Source of the DNA: Mycobacteriales bacterium
GTDB taxonomy: Bacteria; Actinomycetota; Actinomycetes; Mycobacteriales; CADCTP01
Direction of reading: 5' to 3'
NCBI GenBank assembly: GCA_036558285.1
Contig: DATBFW010000137.1
Location: 8,697-72,696 of the forward strand
Length of the DNA: 64,000 bases
The notes under the pieces were generated by a model. The model did no database searches and was not told where the DNA came from. It saw only the letters and a program-made list of their open reading frames with translations. Below are positions 61,301 to 64,000 of this stretch, piece by piece (within the stretch, counting starts at the first letter, position 1; each line of letters opens with the position of its first letter). Both the position numbers and the translations under genes were made by a program.

Positions 61301-61390
61301 GAGCTGGCCGATCACCTGGACGCTTCGGTGTCGACCGGTACGGCCTGCCGCTACACGCCGGCCGAGCCGACCAGGTGGCGCCTGAACTAG
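58364..61390 (+). CDS. large AAA_16 ATPase with TPR-like repeats and a non-HTH C-terminal module
   Basis: 1008-aa ORF with a GTG start. Walker A GEPGIGKSALL, Walker B AVVVDDLQWADEQSL, GGNPFFVREL, and long helical repeats. The C-terminus is FRRDGETWTLGYAGREVHLADAKGLHDLATLLANPGAEVTAYRL, followed by a coiled-coil-like ARAAYRRRLGELDELLD...ARKAVTARIRDVLRRIRAVHPELADHL. No LuxR HTH is present. Confidence 0.85.
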   Translation: MATLEGRADALRTARAALDAALAGDGRLVLVAGEPGIGKSALLGELAREAGERGALVLAAVCWDGPAVPAYWPWIQLLRAVRAAGVELGAAADLVDRSAAPEPAMTAADARFRLAESVVAALAGLAARHPLAVVVDDLQWADEQSLRLLEFAAAHLRYARVLLLGAYRDTELATPPTDRGTVLPLSGLDPAGVAAVVAEVTGEPADPGLVARLHRRTGGNPFFVRELARLGAAAAAPGTVRDALERRLARLSAPCAELVTAAAVGGPRIRPAVLGRVLPAGYDLGALVDEAVRARVLAGTADGPRFAHDLFRETAADLPAARAQQLHARIGAALATLPGVEPGEVAAHLVAARPTDPAAVADAVGWCERAAAAASTRLGHAEAATHLAAALALVVEAGQAVGAGEGRRLLGALAEAQDRAGETGPARESFRRLAADAAGAGDTAGLVRAALGVHRLGSRTAAEFAESLGLLADAEVALPAGTDRDRCVLLAARASDLVHAGWNSGLHTGSATDVAGRALELARRVGDPALLATALLAAHNARWRPGTAADRLPIADEMADAAAGDPELLAQALLLRATALVELGHPAASAELRAYAEASARLGHARGRHAALTRSATAELLAGDLDAAVRLAGDGLTLGLAMGAPEAMPVFLTLRTAVALVGGPPPPDGPPAIPPDDPAWPLRPLWEAAAAAGAGRVADARAALSGWRMSALPELHDLEWVVVAAVGIAAAGTEQQRADCYARFAPYAGTHVVVGGCAAYYGPVDHHLGLLAAALGRTADAAAHQRAALAASERLGTPAWTAAIRAALDGAPVPPAVPPAAPAAPPGVPSGVPPAAFRRDGETWTLGYAGREVHLADAKGLHDLATLLANPGAEVTAYRLWGGPGEPPGADPVLDEPARAAYRRRLGELDELLDAADARGDPAASDRARAERSALLAELSAATGLGGRRRRLGDEDERARKAVTARIRDVLRRIRAVHPELADHLDASVSTGTACRYTPAEPTRWRLN

Positions 61391-61399
61391 TTTCGCCCG

Positions 61400-61927
61400 A
61401 TGGAGCTGAGGGTCGCGCTGACCGCCGATCTCGACCCGGCGACGCTGGGGGCGGCCAGGGCGCTGCTGGACGCCGCCTTCGGCGGGTTCGCCGACGAGGA
61501 CTGGGAGCACTGCCTCGGCGGCGTGCACGCGCTCGCCGTGGTCGACGGCGAACTGGTCGGGCACGCGGCACTGGTCCAGCGGCGGCTGATGTACGCCGGG
61601 CGGGCGTTGCGGACCGGGTTCGTCGAGGGCGTCGGTGTCCGGACCGGCCAGCGTCGCCGGGGGCACGCCGGCGCGATGATGGCCGCGCTGGAGCGGGTCG
61701 TGCGCGGCGGGTACGACCTCGGCGCGCTGAGCGCGTCGGATGCGGGCGCCGCCGTCTACACCGCCCGCGGCTGGCTGCCGTGGACCGGCCCGACGTACGC
61801 GCTCACCCCGGACGGCGTCCGGCGTACGGCCGACGACGACGGCACCGTGCACGTCCTCCCGGTCACCGTGCCACTCGACCTGACCGCCGCGCTCACCTGT
61901 GACTGGCGCGACGGCGACGTCTGGTAG
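61400..61927 (+). CDS. aac(2'): aminoglycoside 2'-N-acetyltransferase (AAC(2')-I family GNAT)
   Basis: The 175-aa ORF aligns along its whole length with my recollection of mycobacterial AAC(2')-Ic: DWEHCLGGVHAL, HAALVQRRLMYAGRALRTGFVEGVGVR, GALSASDAGAAVYTARGWLPWTGPT, DDDGTVHVLP, and the C-terminal CDWRDGDVW. Confidence 0.9.
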   Translation: MELRVALTADLDPATLGAARALLDAAFGGFADEDWEHCLGGVHALAVVDGELVGHAALVQRRLMYAGRALRTGFVEGVGVRTGQRRRGHAGAMMAALERVVRGGYDLGALSASDAGAAVYTARGWLPWTGPTYALTPDGVRRTADDDGTVHVLPVTVPLDLTAALTCDWRDGDVW

Positions 61928-62003
61928 CCGGCCCGGCTCTCCCCTGCCACGGGTGAGCCGCGCCGGCCGCCGGCCGGGAGATCCTCCGGCCGGGAGGGCT
62001 GCC

Positions 62004-62319
62004 ATGGGTGCCGTGATCGGAGATCTGCTTCCGCTGGTTCAACCCGAAGAACCTGCTGCTGTGCCTGGCCGCCGGCACCACGATCGGCGCCGCGCACCTG
62101 CCGGCCGGCCAGGTCGTGGTGGCGATGGTGATCTTCACCCTGGTCGCCGCCAGCACCGTCGCGGTCCCGGTCCTCGGCTACCTGGCGGCCCGGGACCGGA
62201 TGGCCGCGCCGCTGGACCGGCTGCGGGCGTGGCTGACCCAGCACAACGCCGCGGTCATGGCGGTGCTGCTGCTCGTCATCGGCGCCGCGCTGATCGGGAA
62301 GGGCATCGCCGGGTTCTGA
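62004..62319 (+). pseudogene. GAP-family membrane protein gene with an out-of-frame internal deletion
   Basis: ATG 62004 gives MGAVIGDLLPL, the family N-terminus. At about 62034 the reading frame changes and the sequence continues as FNPKNLLLCLAAGTTIGAAHLPAGQVVVAMVIFTLVAASTVAVPVLGYLAARDRMAAPLDRLRAWLTQHNAAVMAVLLLVIGAALIGKGIAGF, the family C-terminal third. Only the last 67 aa form a track ORF (62116..62319). Confidence 0.55.
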
Positions 62320-62408
62320 GCGCATCACCCCCAGAGGGTGAAGACCGGGGTTCCGGGTAAGGCCCAACCTGGGATGACGGACGACACACCGGCGGGTGCG
62401 GAGGCGGG

Positions 62409-63368
62409 ATGACGGGGCTGACGAGTACGGATCCACGCGGGCCCGGGGCCGGGCCGGAGGGCATGGTCTGGATCCCGGGTGGCACGTTCGTGATGGGCTC
62501 AGACCACCACTACGCCGAGGAGGCGCCGGCGCACCCGGTCACCGTCGACGGCTTCTGGATCGACCCGCACCCGGTGACCAACGCCGAGTTCACCCGGTTC
62601 GTCCGGGCCACCCGGCACGTCACGGTCGCCGAGCGCCCCGCCGACCCGGCCCGCTACCCGGATGCCCGGCCGGAGCTGCTGATGCCGGCCTCGTCGGTGT
62701 TCCGCAGCCCCGACCACCCGGTGCCGCTGACCGACCCGTACCAGTGGTGGACGTACGTGCCGGGCGCCGACTGGCGGCACCCGGACGGTCCGGGCAGCTC
62801 GATCAAGCGCAGGCCGGACCACCCGGTGGTGCACGTCGCCTGGGCCGACGTCGAGGCGTACGCGGCCTGGGCCGGCAAGGCGGTGCCGAGCGAGGCCGAG
62901 TGGGAGTTCGCCGCCCGGGGCGGGCTGGACGGCGCCGAGTTCGCCTGGGGTGACGAGCTCACCCCGGGTGGCCGCTGGATGGCCAACACCTGGCAGGGAG
63001 ACTTCCCGCTGCACAACACCGCGGAGGACGGGTACGTCGGGACCGCGCCGGTTGGTCGCTACCCGGCCAACGGCTACGGCCTGGTCGACATGATCGGCAA
63101 CGTCTGGGAGTGGACCGCCGACTGGTACCAGGCGCACGCCGAGACCTCGCACGCCTGCTGCACGGTGACCAACCCGCGCGGCGGCGACCGGGACCGCAGC
63201 GTCTACCTGCGCGACCCGGCCAGGGTCCCGCGCCGGGTGATGAAGGGCGGCTCGCACCTGTGCGCGCCGAACTACTGCCGCCGATACCGGCCGGCGGCGC
63301 GGATGGCCCAGCCGGTGGACACCTCGACCAGCCACCTCGGTTTCCGGCTGATCGTCCGCCCCGGCTAG
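62409..63368 (+). CDS. formylglycine-generating enzyme family protein (SUMF1/EgtB/PvdO fold)
   Basis: MVWIPGGTFVMGSD...HPVTVDGFWIDPHPVTNAEF..., GNVWEWTADWY and KGGSHLCAPNYCRRYRPAAR (active-site Cys pair region). Confidence 0.9.
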   Translation: MTGLTSTDPRGPGAGPEGMVWIPGGTFVMGSDHHYAEEAPAHPVTVDGFWIDPHPVTNAEFTRFVRATRHVTVAERPADPARYPDARPELLMPASSVFRSPDHPVPLTDPYQWWTYVPGADWRHPDGPGSSIKRRPDHPVVHVAWADVEAYAAWAGKAVPSEAEWEFAARGGLDGAEFAWGDELTPGGRWMANTWQGDFPLHNTAEDGYVGTAPVGRYPANGYGLVDMIGNVWEWTADWYQAHAETSHACCTVTNPRGGDRDRSVYLRDPARVPRRVMKGGSHLCAPNYCRRYRPAARMAQPVDTSTSHLGFRLIVRPG

Positions 63369-63938
63369 CTAACGCTCGCCCGCCCGGACCGCCTTCGGGA
63401 ACAGGCGCAGCTGGGTCTGCCGGCCGAGCAGCGCGAGCGCCAGCCAGGCCCCGAACGAGAGCACGCCCTCAAGCGCCGTGTCCGGGTGGCGGAGGAAGTC
63501 CAGCGCGTCCGGGGCGATCCGACCAAGCCCGGCCAGGGCCAGCCCCGCCCCGCCGAGCGCGGTCGCCCACATGAGGAACCGGCCCCGGTAGCGGGCGGCG
63601 AGCAGCCCGCTCACGCCCGCGAACGCGACCACGAACACGGTGGTGAGCAGCGCCTTGTTGGTGCCGGTGACCAGTAACTGGAAGACCCGGGCGCCGATGA
63701 CCCCGCCCGCGACCGCACCGACGAAGAAGGCTCCGAACCGGAACACCAGCGAGACGAGGACCCAGGCCACGATCGCGCAACCGATCCCGACCAGCACGGT
63801 CGTCGTGTTGTTGGCGTTGAACAGCCCGGAGATCAGCCAGCCGAGCGCGAAGCCGGACCCCAGCACCGCCAGGTGCAGCGAGCCGACGCCGAAGAAGCAC
63901 AGCACGAGCCCGACAACGATGCCCAGGACGCCGGTCAT
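63369..63938 (-). CDS. multi-pass membrane protein (DUF4203/TM7S3-like)
   Basis: 189-aa ORF with six Gly/Ala/Val-rich hydrophobic segments. Its stop abuts the FGE stop (TAGCTA). Confidence 0.75.
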   Translation of the reverse strand: MTGVLGIVVGLVLCFFGVGSLHLAVLGSGFALGWLISGLFNANNTTTVLVGIGCAIVAWVLVSLVFRFGAFFVGAVAGGVIGARVFQLLVTGTNKALLTTVFVVAFAGVSGLLAARYRGRFLMWATALGGAGLALAGLGRIAPDALDFLRHPDTALEGVLSFGAWLALALLGRQTQLRLFPKAVRAGER

Positions 63939-64000
63939 CGGGCGATCATCGGCCGGCTCGGCGCGCGTCGCCTCACACCCCAGGGGTGAGGCGCGCGGCC

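Overview
The window is high-GC actinobacterial chromosome. Coding density is high, and many operons are coupled by GTGA/ATGA stop-start overlaps. About half of the ORF-track entries are Arg/Pro/Gly/Ala-rich off-frame or antisense shadows of real genes, and I did not call them. I saw no rRNA, tRNA, CRISPR array, integrase or transposase.

Content from left to right:
- Small redox and detoxification genes: LuxR+cupin, a DHFR-family protein, a VOC-flavoprotein disulfide reductase-SDR operon, a redoxin and aldo/keto reductases.
- An envelope block: histidine kinase, OmpR-type regulator and secreted protease, divergent from an MprF-like lipid lysyltransferase.
- A Zn-alcohol dehydrogenase / IlvD-Edd dehydratase pair.
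- A Bce-like module: ABC transporter, FtsX permease, kinase and NarL-type regulator.
- A TetR-P450 pair, an EamA/Lrp pair and an APH-family kinase.
- A ROK-regulated sugar locus: Opp-type ABC importer, GH4 glycosidase and BadF-type kinase.
- A PLP enzyme with a small Cys/His protein and a LAL regulator.
- A second two-component system next to a DrrAB-like ABC-2 exporter.

The most interesting stretch is about 48.5-56.3 kb. It is a visibly lower-GC, decaying accessory patch. The intact genes there are a DUF4231/SLATT-like membrane protein, a HIT protein, OsmC and a stand-alone 864-aa DUF4062-NB-ARC-TPR STAND NTPase. They are interleaved with at least five broken genes. I consider the STAND protein a candidate NLR/Avs-like immune sensor with an uncharacterised effector domain.

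The right end carries an alpha/beta hydrolase, a methyltransferase and a 1008-aa AAA_16-TPR ATPase with no HTH. These are followed by an AAC(2')-type acetyltransferase, a deleted GAP-family pseudogene, an FGE-family enzyme and a membrane protein.

Several short tandem repeats occur. One is an array of 31-bp hairpin units; three others encode repetitive protein tails.

All family names come from reading motifs by eye and need HMM or BLAST confirmation.
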